Source: a virus
Direction: 5' to 3' (one strand)
Length of the DNA stretch: 64,000 nt
Virus record (IMG/VR): IMGVR_UViG_3300002038_000008
Coordinates: 1 to 64,000 of that record
The position numbers and the translations under genes are program-made. Shown here in pieces: positions 15,060 through 23,442 of this stretch. The notes below the pieces were generated by a model, which worked only from the letters and a program-made list of their open reading frames with translations, was not told where the DNA came from and did no database searches. Numbering within the stretch: position 1 is the first letter of the stretch; the number at the start of each line of letters is the position of its first letter.

Positions 15060-15367
15060 TGAGAGCTCTGGCGTACATTACTCGGGGGAGACTGTGCGGT
15101 ACGACGAGAGCCCGAGGTTATACCACGAGAGGACGGATCTGTGGAGAAACAGGGGAACTGATATTCGAAAGTAATCTTCCCCTGGCCTACAGCCAGATAG
15201 GTTTAGATTCTGATCCCGGTAATCGCACTCTAGTCATGAATAGTGTCTTGTTTGTTCCGAGATCAGATATGTTAATTGATGATGGAACAGGATTTGATAG
15301 CACCGAGAACGACTGCTCTAATCCGATACATCGAGTTTTACAACCACCCTTAAGGACTAAGTGTTAA
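15059..15367 (+). CDS. hypothetical protein (102 aa) with Arg/Cys repeat N-terminus
   Basis: ATG overlaps upstream stop (TAATG); YITRGRLCG / YTTRGRICG repeat; C-terminal VLFVPRSDMLI motif. An alternative internal ATG lies at 15236. Confidence 0.4.
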   Translation: MRALAYITRGRLCGTTRARGYTTRGRICGETGELIFESNLPLAYSQIGLDSDPGNRTLVMNSVLFVPRSDMLIDDGTGFDSTENDCSNPIHRVLQPPLRTKC

Positions 15368-15675
15368 TGAGAGATCTAGGTACCCTGTCCTTAAATGGTG
15401 ACGTGTCAGAAGCTATGGATCTAAAAACGGGAGAAGGATTCATAGCAGCTGTTTCTGGGGATTTTGGAACAGCAAACATAGCAGTCCAGTGGCGGTCTTA
15501 CGATGGCTCTTGGATCTCTTTTACAGATGCCATGATGAAGACAGCGTTCTTCGATTATGCGATCTGTGCGAAAACCCCGATCATGGTCAGGGCGGTACTG
15601 CTAGGAGGAGATGCAGTATCCCCGATACAAATAGTAGGCGGAGGTCTGCACGACGATAGGAATCCGAGTTGTTAA
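15367..15675 (+). CDS. hypothetical protein (102 aa), paralog of 22312..22623
   Basis: ATG 15367 overlaps upstream stop (TAATG); MRDLGTLSLNGD...GEGFIAAVSGDFGTANIAVQW...PIMVRAVLLGG...DDRN aligns with the 22312 product. Confidence 0.55.
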   Translation: MRDLGTLSLNGDVSEAMDLKTGEGFIAAVSGDFGTANIAVQWRSYDGSWISFTDAMMKTAFFDYAICAKTPIMVRAVLLGGDAVSPIQIVGGGLHDDRNPSC

Positions 15676-16002
15676 ATGGAAGAGCTAAATTCGAAAATAT
15701 TATCTGCTGTACTAGATGTAAAGGAGCAGCAGCAAAAAGATGCAATCACGATAAACAGTTTGTCGGATAAGACGGACCGTATTGTGCAAGATCTAGAAGA
15801 GCATAAAGAGACGCGAGATCGAGTGAGAAACACGGAAGAGGACATCCGAGCTCTAAAAAAGGATGTGTCTCTGACACAGCAGAAGCTGAACACCAAAGTT
15901 GATACAAAGGTCGTAAATAAGAAAGCGGGCTTTTGGGGAGTAGGAGGGGGAGCTGCCGTAGCAGGTATCCTGACTGCCGTCTTAGATTTTTTTAAAAGTT
16001 AA
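15676..16002 (+). CDS. coiled-coil protein with extreme C-terminal TM anchor (108 aa)
   Basis: ORF track; charged heptad-like N-terminal part, then GFWGVGGGAAVAGILTAVLDFF. Confidence 0.5.
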   Translation: MEELNSKILSAVLDVKEQQQKDAITINSLSDKTDRIVQDLEEHKETRDRVRNTEEDIRALKKDVSLTQQKLNTKVDTKVVNKKAGFWGVGGGAAVAGILTAVLDFFKS

Positions 16003-16018
16003 TTAGAGGAAACACATC

Positions 16019-16429
16019 ATGGGCTGGACTCCAGACGAGGGCGCTCGACGCCAAGCACGCTTGATCACAGGCGTAGATAAGTTACCTGCAGGTAATACTG
16101 CTTTCGATATTATCATGACTACGAACGCTATTACTGATAACGATGAAGCATTAACTTTTGCTTCTCTTACAGAGATGACAGGAGGCGGATACGCAGCCAA
16201 GAACGTAGATCAGACAATCTTTACGCACTCCGCAACGGATGGCGGTTACACGGGCACGCAGCAGGTGTGGAACTTCACTGGCGCTCCGAGCGCTGCTCCT
16301 ACGGCTATTGTAGTTGTGGGCGATCCCGGTGGGACCCCCTATATCCACAGTATAGATCTTTATACCGAAGCAGCTCCTACTGCTAACGGAGATATTGTTC
16401 GGTTCGATCCAACGAACACGCAAGACTAA
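16019..16429 (+). CDS. hypothetical protein in fibre cluster (136 aa)
   Basis: ORF track; beta-type Thr/Gly/Ala composition. Confidence 0.45.
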   Translation: MGWTPDEGARRQARLITGVDKLPAGNTAFDIIMTTNAITDNDEALTFASLTEMTGGGYAAKNVDQTIFTHSATDGGYTGTQQVWNFTGAPSAAPTAIVVVGDPGGTPYIHSIDLYTEAAPTANGDIVRFDPTNTQD

Positions 16430-16731
16430 TGGGTTGGAGGCAGCGCGGCGTACAGGTCGCGCAGTCTCAGCAGGATCCTGAATTCGTAGCCACACACACG
16501 GTTAGTCCTGCTGATACTGATTCGACGCAAGTTAGGGTGTACTGGTCCAGCTCTCCTGGAATCACAACTAGTACTCCTGATTTTATTACCGTTCCTAGGA
16601 CAGGATTTACTACGGCTGTAGTAATTGATTCAGGACTGGTAGAAGGCACCACATATTACTACAGAACTTCTGCCATAGGTCCTGGCGGAGAGTCTGCACT
16701 TAGTAACGAGGTAGAAGTTGTAGCACGATGA
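16429..16731 (+). CDS. fibronectin type III-like domain protein (100 aa)
   Basis: TQVRVYWSSSPG...GTTYYYRTSAIGPGGESALSNEVEV is an FN3-type pattern; TAATG and ATGA overlaps with neighbours. Confidence 0.55.
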   Translation: MGWRQRGVQVAQSQQDPEFVATHTVSPADTDSTQVRVYWSSSPGITTSTPDFITVPRTGFTTAVVIDSGLVEGTTYYYRTSAIGPGGESALSNEVEVVAR

Positions 16732-19238
16732 AGAAACTCTTATTATCCTTATTTCTGCCTATGGGGGCACTCGCTCAGCCCACATTTACACCAGTAACTA
16801 TCCCTGCTCACACTCAGAATGAGCATCATGGTGTAGCTATCTCTAACACGGCAAACGTGAACGTTTTACTGACTGATCATAGTCGTAACGGACACAAGAT
16901 CTTTTCTTGGAACGGGACCAGCTTGGATGCTCCTTCCGAGATTAGTCCCGGTACGGGAGCTCTCAGGGCTACGGGCACCACGTATGGATTTATCATCGAC
17001 GATCTTTCGGGACAGTTTGGGGCAGCAGCCTTTGATGAGAACGGTAGTTTTTTAGGGTTCCCGTGCGCACCGTCTGGGGCTACTCAGTTCACGGCTTCGC
17101 GAGGAGAGATAAATGCGTTCGGAGATTTTGACGGTGACGGCTCAGATGACTGTGCGGCGTCCGATGGCAGCATCTATAGCTGGCCTGCTAGAACTCTTCT
17201 GGCTTCGGGATTGGGGCGTGGTTACGCAGTAGGTCAGTATGCAGGAGGTCCGGAACTGGATCTATTTACTGCCACGGGAGTTTATATACAACAACCAGAC
17301 GGCACCTTTACACTTATGGCTGCTCAGCCGGGGATTGTCGGTGACCTGTTCACAGCCGTTTCTCTAGACTTCGATGGTGACGGAGATAGTGATCTAGTGC
17401 AAGGGCCTGGCGGAGGCACAGTACAAGTCTGGCGTAATGACGGCACAAGCTGGACTAATGTTAGTGCCGGTAGTGGTATAAACATCACACACACAAACTT
17501 TCCTTACGGAAATTACCACGAACTACTCACCACCGATATCGATAATGACGGGTGTGACGATTACTTAAATAGCTTTGACTATCGCGTAATGCTGTCTAAC
17601 TGCGACGGCACGTTTACATTAACTCACACGCTAGATAGTTACGTACCGGGTCCGGCCACAGCTAAAGTTTCAGCTACATTTGGAGACCTGGATGGTGACG
17701 GCGACGACGACGTGTGCTGGTCTCAAGCCGGACTTCTTGAGTGCGCCTTAATAGAGGCTAACTCTGCCCCTCCCCCTCCGGCTCCCATAGCAGGAGCTGT
17801 TCCTCCTATAGTCGAGGGTACTAGGCACTTGTTTGCCAACAAGCAGTTGTTTGGTCCAATGGATTATATTAACCAAAGAACACTAGCTCTGAATGATTTG
17901 AACACCTGGATGTATGATAGGGTCCAGGCTTTATATGAATACTACCTCACTACCGGGGATGAAACAGTACATACGGAAGCACTCGCCAGTGCTCAAGAGT
18001 ATGCTCTACATTATGATCGTGCTGGGGGTAATGCAGGATTTCCTGGGTGTCGAGGTGGCTGGTCTTTTGCCGGAGTAAACAAATGTGACCGTAAGTTTAC
18101 ATACGGATCTGCTCTGTGGTACGCCTATGTAATCGATGGTGTTGTCCTATTTGATCCAGAATTACTGGAAGATCTCAGGGCCTATGCAATGGGACCGGCC
18201 TGGGAAGCCGCACAACTCCTAGATGATGTGGGTGATCGCATTAGCTTTCCGACTACTGAGCGTAACATGGGCTACTCTCTTATGCTCCTAGGCCACGTCG
18301 AGGCACTGGCAAGACGAGCTGCGGTAGGTATCCCAGCAGATAGTGTAGAGTATTTAAATGTTGCTAACACAGCCCGACAGAACATTGAAGACTCCATAGA
18401 ATGGTTCTTTGATTGGCAAGCTGACGATGTTTGGGGGTGTTGGGCGCACAGCTACCGTGCCCACGAGACGATTGGCACTCCTTATGGAGGCCCAGATGAT
18501 GACATAACTTGTAGTCCTTGGCAGTCAGGGATACTGACAGGGGCCATGTTGCGTATTTGGTTTGTAAATAATATTAAGCAGCAAACGTGTGGTCCTCAAA
18601 ATGATCAATGGTGTATACCGATCATGCTGGTCAAGTTCGCTCAGTTCCTAGAAGATTATGCTTATTTCGATGACAGTTATGCCCGTGTACCTTTTGATGG
18701 TAGAACTGGAATAATACAAGTAAACGACACTGTCACTTTCGGAGGCGGCACTGTTGGGATCATCGAGGCAGCCGATGTAGGTTCTACAGGGCAGCTCATT
18801 GTAACTGTACAGTCAGGCAGCAGTCCTTCAGATAATGAAACTATTACCACTTCGAGCGGTGGCGCGGCACTAGTCAATGGTACAACTTTAAGACCTGGAT
18901 CTTGGCGGCACCCCTGGGATGACAGCGACCAGATGGCCAGGTATCTAAGTTTACCTCTAGACTTACTAAGAGAAGGATCTGTACAGAACAACGAAGGATT
19001 TAATGTCAATGTTCACAATCCTGAAACCCAGTGCCAGACCGCATTAGGCTATCACTTCTCTGACCTCGGAGGGGCAACTGCTGCTCAGAAACAGGCCTTT
19101 CTAAATAGATACAACACAATGCAAGCATTCTACAACCTACGCGCTGGGAACGATGACATGGCAAGTTTGACCAACCCAACGCGCATGTTTGCTTGGCAGC
19201 ACGCGCACTTCGCAAGCTGCGAGTGGCTAGTACAATGA
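16728..19238 (+). CDS. signal-peptide protein with FG-GAP/VCBS-type Ca-binding repeats and a large alpha-rich C-terminal domain (836 aa); possible depolymerase/adhesin
   Basis: MKKLLLSLFLPMGALA-QP signal-like N-terminus. Four DxDxDG repeats (FGDFDGDGSDD, LDFDGDGDSD, TDIDNDGCDD, FGDLDGDGDDD). PPPPAP linker. Trp/Tyr-rich helical C-terminal half. Confidence 0.55.
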   Translation: MKKLLLSLFLPMGALAQPTFTPVTIPAHTQNEHHGVAISNTANVNVLLTDHSRNGHKIFSWNGTSLDAPSEISPGTGALRATGTTYGFIIDDLSGQFGAAAFDENGSFLGFPCAPSGATQFTASRGEINAFGDFDGDGSDDCAASDGSIYSWPARTLLASGLGRGYAVGQYAGGPELDLFTATGVYIQQPDGTFTLMAAQPGIVGDLFTAVSLDFDGDGDSDLVQGPGGGTVQVWRNDGTSWTNVSAGSGINITHTNFPYGNYHELLTTDIDNDGCDDYLNSFDYRVMLSNCDGTFTLTHTLDSYVPGPATAKVSATFGDLDGDGDDDVCWSQAGLLECALIEANSAPPPPAPIAGAVPPIVEGTRHLFANKQLFGPMDYINQRTLALNDLNTWMYDRVQALYEYYLTTGDETVHTEALASAQEYALHYDRAGGNAGFPGCRGGWSFAGVNKCDRKFTYGSALWYAYVIDGVVLFDPELLEDLRAYAMGPAWEAAQLLDDVGDRISFPTTERNMGYSLMLLGHVEALARRAAVGIPADSVEYLNVANTARQNIEDSIEWFFDWQADDVWGCWAHSYRAHETIGTPYGGPDDDITCSPWQSGILTGAMLRIWFVNNIKQQTCGPQNDQWCIPIMLVKFAQFLEDYAYFDDSYARVPFDGRTGIIQVNDTVTFGGGTVGIIEAADVGSTGQLIVTVQSGSSPSDNETITTSSGGAALVNGTTLRPGSWRHPWDDSDQMARYLSLPLDLLREGSVQNNEGFNVNVHNPETQCQTALGYHFSDLGGATAAQKQAFLNRYNTMQAFYNLRAGNDDMASLTNPTRMFAWQHAHFASCEWLVQ

Positions 19239-20851
19239 TTACATTTGGTGCCAACACACACATAGCATTCCAATCTGGGACTTTGTTTTGGTACACAACG
19301 GACGTTGATACTAGCCTGACGCTCCCAGCACACTCTGCGGCAGGTATCAATCCACACTTGTGTTGCTGGCTAGTTAACAGAAACAACGCCCCAGGGCAAG
19401 CTCAAGAACCTAGCTGGGGTAATCAATCCTTTTCTCTCGTGTCTGAGTATCTAGGATCTAGTACCAGTGTTAGCTCCAGATTGTTTGTTCTGGATTCGGC
19501 GGGATGGCTAGCCGGAGAAACTGATGGATCCGGTTGGGGCCTCACAAACGCAGATGATAGTGTTGTTGCCTTATATTGGTATTTTGATGCCGGGGTAGCC
19601 GGAGTCCCTACATACGCGACACTTGATACGAATGATGGGTTTCCTAATCCAGCCGAAGCTTATACTAGGACCCTGAGTGGCACTCCCAGTGCCGAAGCTA
19701 TGGTCATGTCGGTTGTCGGAGGTTTACCCCCAGCAAACGATACGGTTACTTTCTCAGGAGCCAACGGAGTAGGATCTAAGAGATCAGGTGCCGGAGATTT
19801 TGGAGGTTCCTGGGCCTACGAAGAAGCTGTAACAGGACTTAGAACTCACACACACACCGAGCCTACAGTGGCATTCATGCGCTTTGTTACGCACATGATT
19901 GAGATTGTTGAACCGGCTGGGGGCGGAGGAGGGATTGACGAGACCCTAACTGGCAATGTTGTACACGACCACCTAGTTTCAGGAACTATAACGTTCGAGT
20001 CTGCAAATCTGGATGAGACTCTGACAGGCAACGTTACCCATGATCATAATGTTAATGGGGTTATTGCATTTGAGGCCTCTTCTAACATTGACGTAACAAT
20101 CTTCGCAGATGTTTTCCATGACCACATTGTTAATGGTGCTATCACTTTTGAGGCGGCTTCTAGCAATATAGATGTAACCCAGACAGGTAACGTTACGCAC
20201 GAGCACCTGGTAGCTGGAATCGTTGCATTCGAGGCTGCAACCTTAGATGTAACTCTTCTAGGGAACGTAATTACCAATCATGCCAGCACGGGAACAATCA
20301 CTTTCGAGGCAGGACAGACTGGAGGAGCGGGAGTGGGGGATATCGGATTACGAGTTTATTCTGTTCCTTTAGATTGCGGACGACGCACCGGAGCAAGTGT
20401 AGCAGCAATGAATGACACCTTGCCGGATGGCATTGTGTTTGATGCGGCTGCTCCCGAATTCTGGGCAAGCCAGTGTCCCGAGCACTGGTGGCTAAGTTGG
20501 GACAGTGGAGATGTCGTTGTAAGACTACTCGCAGCCGGACCCCTCAGCGGTGACGTGGGAGATGCGGTAAGGATGCAATTGCAGTACACCTGGATTAGAG
20601 CAGGAGTGCAACACACGGACCTGGCTTCTGTTCCTAGTATTGCTCAAACCACAGACATCTCTGCCAGTACATTCAAGACTCCCCTAGAGATAGATTTTAT
20701 TATACCGGAAGCAGAAATAGATCCTACGGCACAGCAGTTCTACTGGAGATTGACCCGAGTAGCTGATGATGCTTCCGATACGTACGCAAGTAACTGGTAT
20801 GTACATGACCTCTCGTTCCGTTGGAACGGCCTAGGACTGAGCCCAGAGTAA
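19235..20851 (+). CDS. tail fibre-like protein with five tandem HxH-containing repeats
   Basis: ATG 19235 overlaps upstream stop (ATGA); internal repeats, see the repeat feature. Confidence 0.55.
   Translation: MITFGANTHIAFQSGTLFWYTTDVDTSLTLPAHSAAGINPHLCCWLVNRNNAPGQAQEPSWGNQSFSLVSEYLGSSTSVSSRLFVLDSAGWLAGETDGSGWGLTNADDSVVALYWYFDAGVAGVPTYATLDTNDGFPNPAEAYTRTLSGTPSAEAMVMSVVGGLPPANDTVTFSGANGVGSKRSGAGDFGGSWAYEEAVTGLRTHTHTEPTVAFMRFVTHMIEIVEPAGGGGGIDETLTGNVVHDHLVSGTITFESANLDETLTGNVTHDHNVNGVIAFEASSNIDVTIFADVFHDHIVNGAITFEAASSNIDVTQTGNVTHEHLVAGIVAFEAATLDVTLLGNVITNHASTGTITFEAGQTGGAGVGDIGLRVYSVPLDCGRRTGASVAAMNDTLPDGIVFDAAAPEFWASQCPEHWWLSWDSGDVVVRLLAAGPLSGDVGDAVRMQLQYTWIRAGVQHTDLASVPSIAQTTDISASTFKTPLEIDFIIPEAEIDPTAQQFYWRLTRVADDASDTYASNWYVHDLSFRWNGLGLSPE
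19934..20311 (+). repeat. five tandem in-frame ~25-aa repeats ([IL]D[EV]T..GNV.H[DE]H.V.G.I.FEA)
   Basis: IDETLTGNVVHDHLVSGTITFESAN / LDETLTGNVTHDHNVNGVIAFEASSN / IDVTIFADVFHDHIVNGAITFEAASSN / IDVTQTGNVTHEHLVAGIVAFEAAT / LDVTLLGNVITNHASTGTITFEA. Confidence 0.9.
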
Positions 20852-21903
20852 TGCACTTAGCCCCCATTTGTCGTCCTTCCCTGTCGATTACGGACCGAGT
20901 CGCTTCTCAGGCAGCTGAGGTTTTAGAGGCCCCAGCAGAGGTAGAGGAGTACAGTAACGACAAGAGACGACGGGAACACGTAGTAATGAGTCGTCAGCTG
21001 GCTACCCGGCTAGGACTGGACCGAAGGGAGCACGTCATTGTAGAAGTGTCCCCCTCGCAAAGGAAGTTGATGACCTTTGAGGTGGACTACGGGCTGGAGG
21101 TGGACGCTGTCTACCTACATCAGTTCGGGCTGGATGAGATAGCCGGAGATCCCGGTATACTGACTTTCCCTCAGAGCGCTACGATCCTTACGGAGCTTCC
21201 TTTTGAGAGTAATTCCGCGTCAGCAGAAGCCAACGACACTCTGTACGAGAGATCTCTTAGTTCGGGAACCCAAGTGTTTGTAAACGCCATTCATGGCGGA
21301 GACATAGAACTAAACACGGAAAACCAAGCACAGATCATTTATAACTTGCTAGCAGGTAATCGCTACGGCTCTTACTTGTACTCTCTGGAAGGCTACTCTT
21401 CTGGCACTCAATCTGGAAATGACAGATGGCACATCACGGCTGTGGATTTCCAAGCAAAAACTTTCCAGGGCCTCCCTGAAGGTAGAGACTTCGATATCGG
21501 AATAGGACTGCACGGGTACGTGGCCACCGGGGGACAAGCTGATATCCTCATCGGAGGTACCGCTCCTCAGGCAGAACGAGATGCTCTCAAGGTGGAACTA
21601 GATACTTTCTTGGCAGGAACCGGAGTGACTACGGACAGCACGGATATCGGTGATCACTTGGACGGAGACGCCGATGACAACGTAACTAATCGCTATGTAT
21701 CCTCTGGAAGAACTTTCCAATTAGAGCAAGTGTTCACTGTAAGAAACGATCCTTTGATAAGTCAGCTGGTGGCCCAAGGTGTAGCAAGCTACATCATAGG
21801 ATTGCTACCTACCCCTCCTGCTGTTACCGGCACCCAAGACGGAGTACTCTCCGAGGCTTTATCGGAACCTTTGTCAGAGGTTCTATTCGTCGCTCTAGTA
21901 TGA
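20851..21903 (+). CDS. hypothetical protein in fibre cluster (350 aa)
   Basis: ATG 20851 overlaps upstream stop (TAATG); the track's earlier TTG start is unlikely. Confidence 0.5.
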   Translation: MHLAPICRPSLSITDRVASQAAEVLEAPAEVEEYSNDKRRREHVVMSRQLATRLGLDRREHVIVEVSPSQRKLMTFEVDYGLEVDAVYLHQFGLDEIAGDPGILTFPQSATILTELPFESNSASAEANDTLYERSLSSGTQVFVNAIHGGDIELNTENQAQIIYNLLAGNRYGSYLYSLEGYSSGTQSGNDRWHITAVDFQAKTFQGLPEGRDFDIGIGLHGYVATGGQADILIGGTAPQAERDALKVELDTFLAGTGVTTDSTDIGDHLDGDADDNVTNRYVSSGRTFQLEQVFTVRNDPLISQLVAQGVASYIIGLLPTPPAVTGTQDGVLSEALSEPLSEVLFVALV

Positions 21904-22310
21904 ATAGATACTATCTTAGCGACCAGTCTATCGAGCACTTGTCTACGTGTGATGACAGGCTGATAAATATCATACAACACGCAATAAAGGTGTCCCCGTA
22001 CGACTTCAAGGTTATTGAGGGCCACCGTTCCTTAGAGCGGCAACTACGATTATACCAGCAAGGTGCCTCAAAGATCGATGGCATCACTAGAAAAGGCAAG
22101 CATAATTACTTCCCTAGCAGAGCTGTAGATGTTGCACCTTACCCTATCGATTGGCAAGACACCTCTCGGTTCTATACCTTGGCCGGTACTATTTTGACGG
22201 TTGCTTCTATGTTTAATGTGAACCTTCGGTGGGGAGGAGACTGGGACGGAGATGGTAGTTTTAGAGACCAGACCTTTCATGATTTACCCCACTTTGAACT
22301 AAGAGACTAA
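21900..22310 (+). CDS. peptidase M15 (VanY / L-Ala-D-Glu peptidase-like) endolysin
   Basis: GHRSLERQ..., KGKHNYFPSRAVDVAP and FHDLPHFEL fit the H-x-D / D-x-x-H Zn-binding pattern of M15 cell-wall peptidases; ATGA overlap with upstream gene. Confidence 0.75.
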   Translation: MNRYYLSDQSIEHLSTCDDRLINIIQHAIKVSPYDFKVIEGHRSLERQLRLYQQGASKIDGITRKGKHNYFPSRAVDVAPYPIDWQDTSRFYTLAGTILTVASMFNVNLRWGGDWDGDGSFRDQTFHDLPHFELRD

Positions 22311-22311
22311 T

Positions 22312-22623
22312 ATGAGATTACTAGACCCGTTAGAGAACGATGGAGATACAACTAAGAAGCTCACCCTACCTACAGGTAAGGGATTCATAGCTTCTGTAGA
22401 AGGAACTTTTGGAGGGGCTTCGGTAGTTATAGAATTTCTAGCAGACAACGGCTCAGGAGACGTGTGGGTTCCTTTCTCTAATGCTCAGGCTTTAATTGAG
22501 CCTTTCCAGTATAAAGTGGAAGCGCACGCTCCTATATCTGTACGTGCCAGGGTAGTGGGTTCTCCTACAGCTCCTCTTATCCTGAATGGCGGAGCCGAAT
22601 ACGACAACCGCAATTCTCAATAA
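22312..22623 (+). CDS. hypothetical protein (103 aa), paralog of 15367..15675
   Basis: MRLLDPLENDGD...GKGFIASVEGTFGGASVVIEF...PISVRARVVGS...YDNRN aligns with the 15367 product. Confidence 0.55.
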   Translation: MRLLDPLENDGDTTKKLTLPTGKGFIASVEGTFGGASVVIEFLADNGSGDVWVPFSNAQALIEPFQYKVEAHAPISVRARVVGSPTAPLILNGGAEYDNRNSQ

Positions 22624-22651
22624 ACTTTACTTACTAATAGAAGGGTAGTAA

Positions 22652-22978
22652 ATGACTGACGAACAAAACAAAGAGAAGTTGGCGCTACGATTTGTAGCAA
22701 ATGATCCGCACAGTACGGACCACGCAGAAGTAGTAGATGGATACGCCACTTTCTTACAGTCTGCCAAACTAGACAAGACGGCTATTGTAGAAGTCTTCGA
22801 CAAAGAAAAAGAAAAGACTGTGTACATGCTGGCAGCTCTGTGGGTAAATCCGCTAGATAGCCAGGAGAACGTTATTCCGGTAGCTCGCCTGTTCGATGAG
22901 AAAGACACACCGGATAGGTATCTTCTACCGGATCTCAAGGGAGGATGGCTAAGTGGCGAACAACAACAAGAAGCTTAG
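22652..22978 (+). CDS. hypothetical protein (108 aa)
   Basis: ORF track; overlaps terS start by 26 nt. Confidence 0.5.
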   Translation: MTDEQNKEKLALRFVANDPHSTDHAEVVDGYATFLQSAKLDKTAIVEVFDKEKEKTVYMLAALWVNPLDSQENVIPVARLFDEKDTPDRYLLPDLKGGWLSGEQQQEA

Positions 22979-23372
22979 CCTAGAGAGTTTACCTGAAGAT
23001 TGGGTTGACACTTCAATAGGTCTCTATGAACAAGGAGCCGGAGACGAAGAAGTACAGAAGGAGTTAAGAATAACTCCCGCCGCTTTCGAATCTTTATTGA
23101 GTGCAGAGCCTTACTTCTTACAAGTGATTCAATACGGTAGGCTGTGTAGAAAAGCCTGGTACTTAAAGTGGGGTAGAACTCATCTTACTGCCAAGGGAGC
23201 AAACTACACCGGATGGTTCCAGCAGATGAAGAACCTGTATGGATGGTCTGATAAGCAGCAGCAGATTATATCAGACGGAGAGATCTCTAACATGAGTAAC
23301 GAAGAGATCGAACTGAAATTGGCTGCGGTTAAAGAAGAACTAATGAAAAATGAAACAAAGAAGGTTTCGTGA
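22953..23372 (+). CDS. terS: terminase small subunit
   Basis: 139 aa immediately upstream of terL; N-terminal HTH-like segment (GLYEQGAGDEEVQKELRITPAAFESLL). Confidence 0.6.
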   Translation: MANNNKKLSLESLPEDWVDTSIGLYEQGAGDEEVQKELRITPAAFESLLSAEPYFLQVIQYGRLCRKAWYLKWGRTHLTAKGANYTGWFQQMKNLYGWSDKQQQIISDGEISNMSNEEIELKLAAVKEELMKNETKKVS

Positions 23373-23442
23373 TTGGCAAGGACTCGCCCTTAGCACGAGC
23401 ACACGGACGTAACCTCCCCTTCTCTCGGAGCTAAGGAATTTT

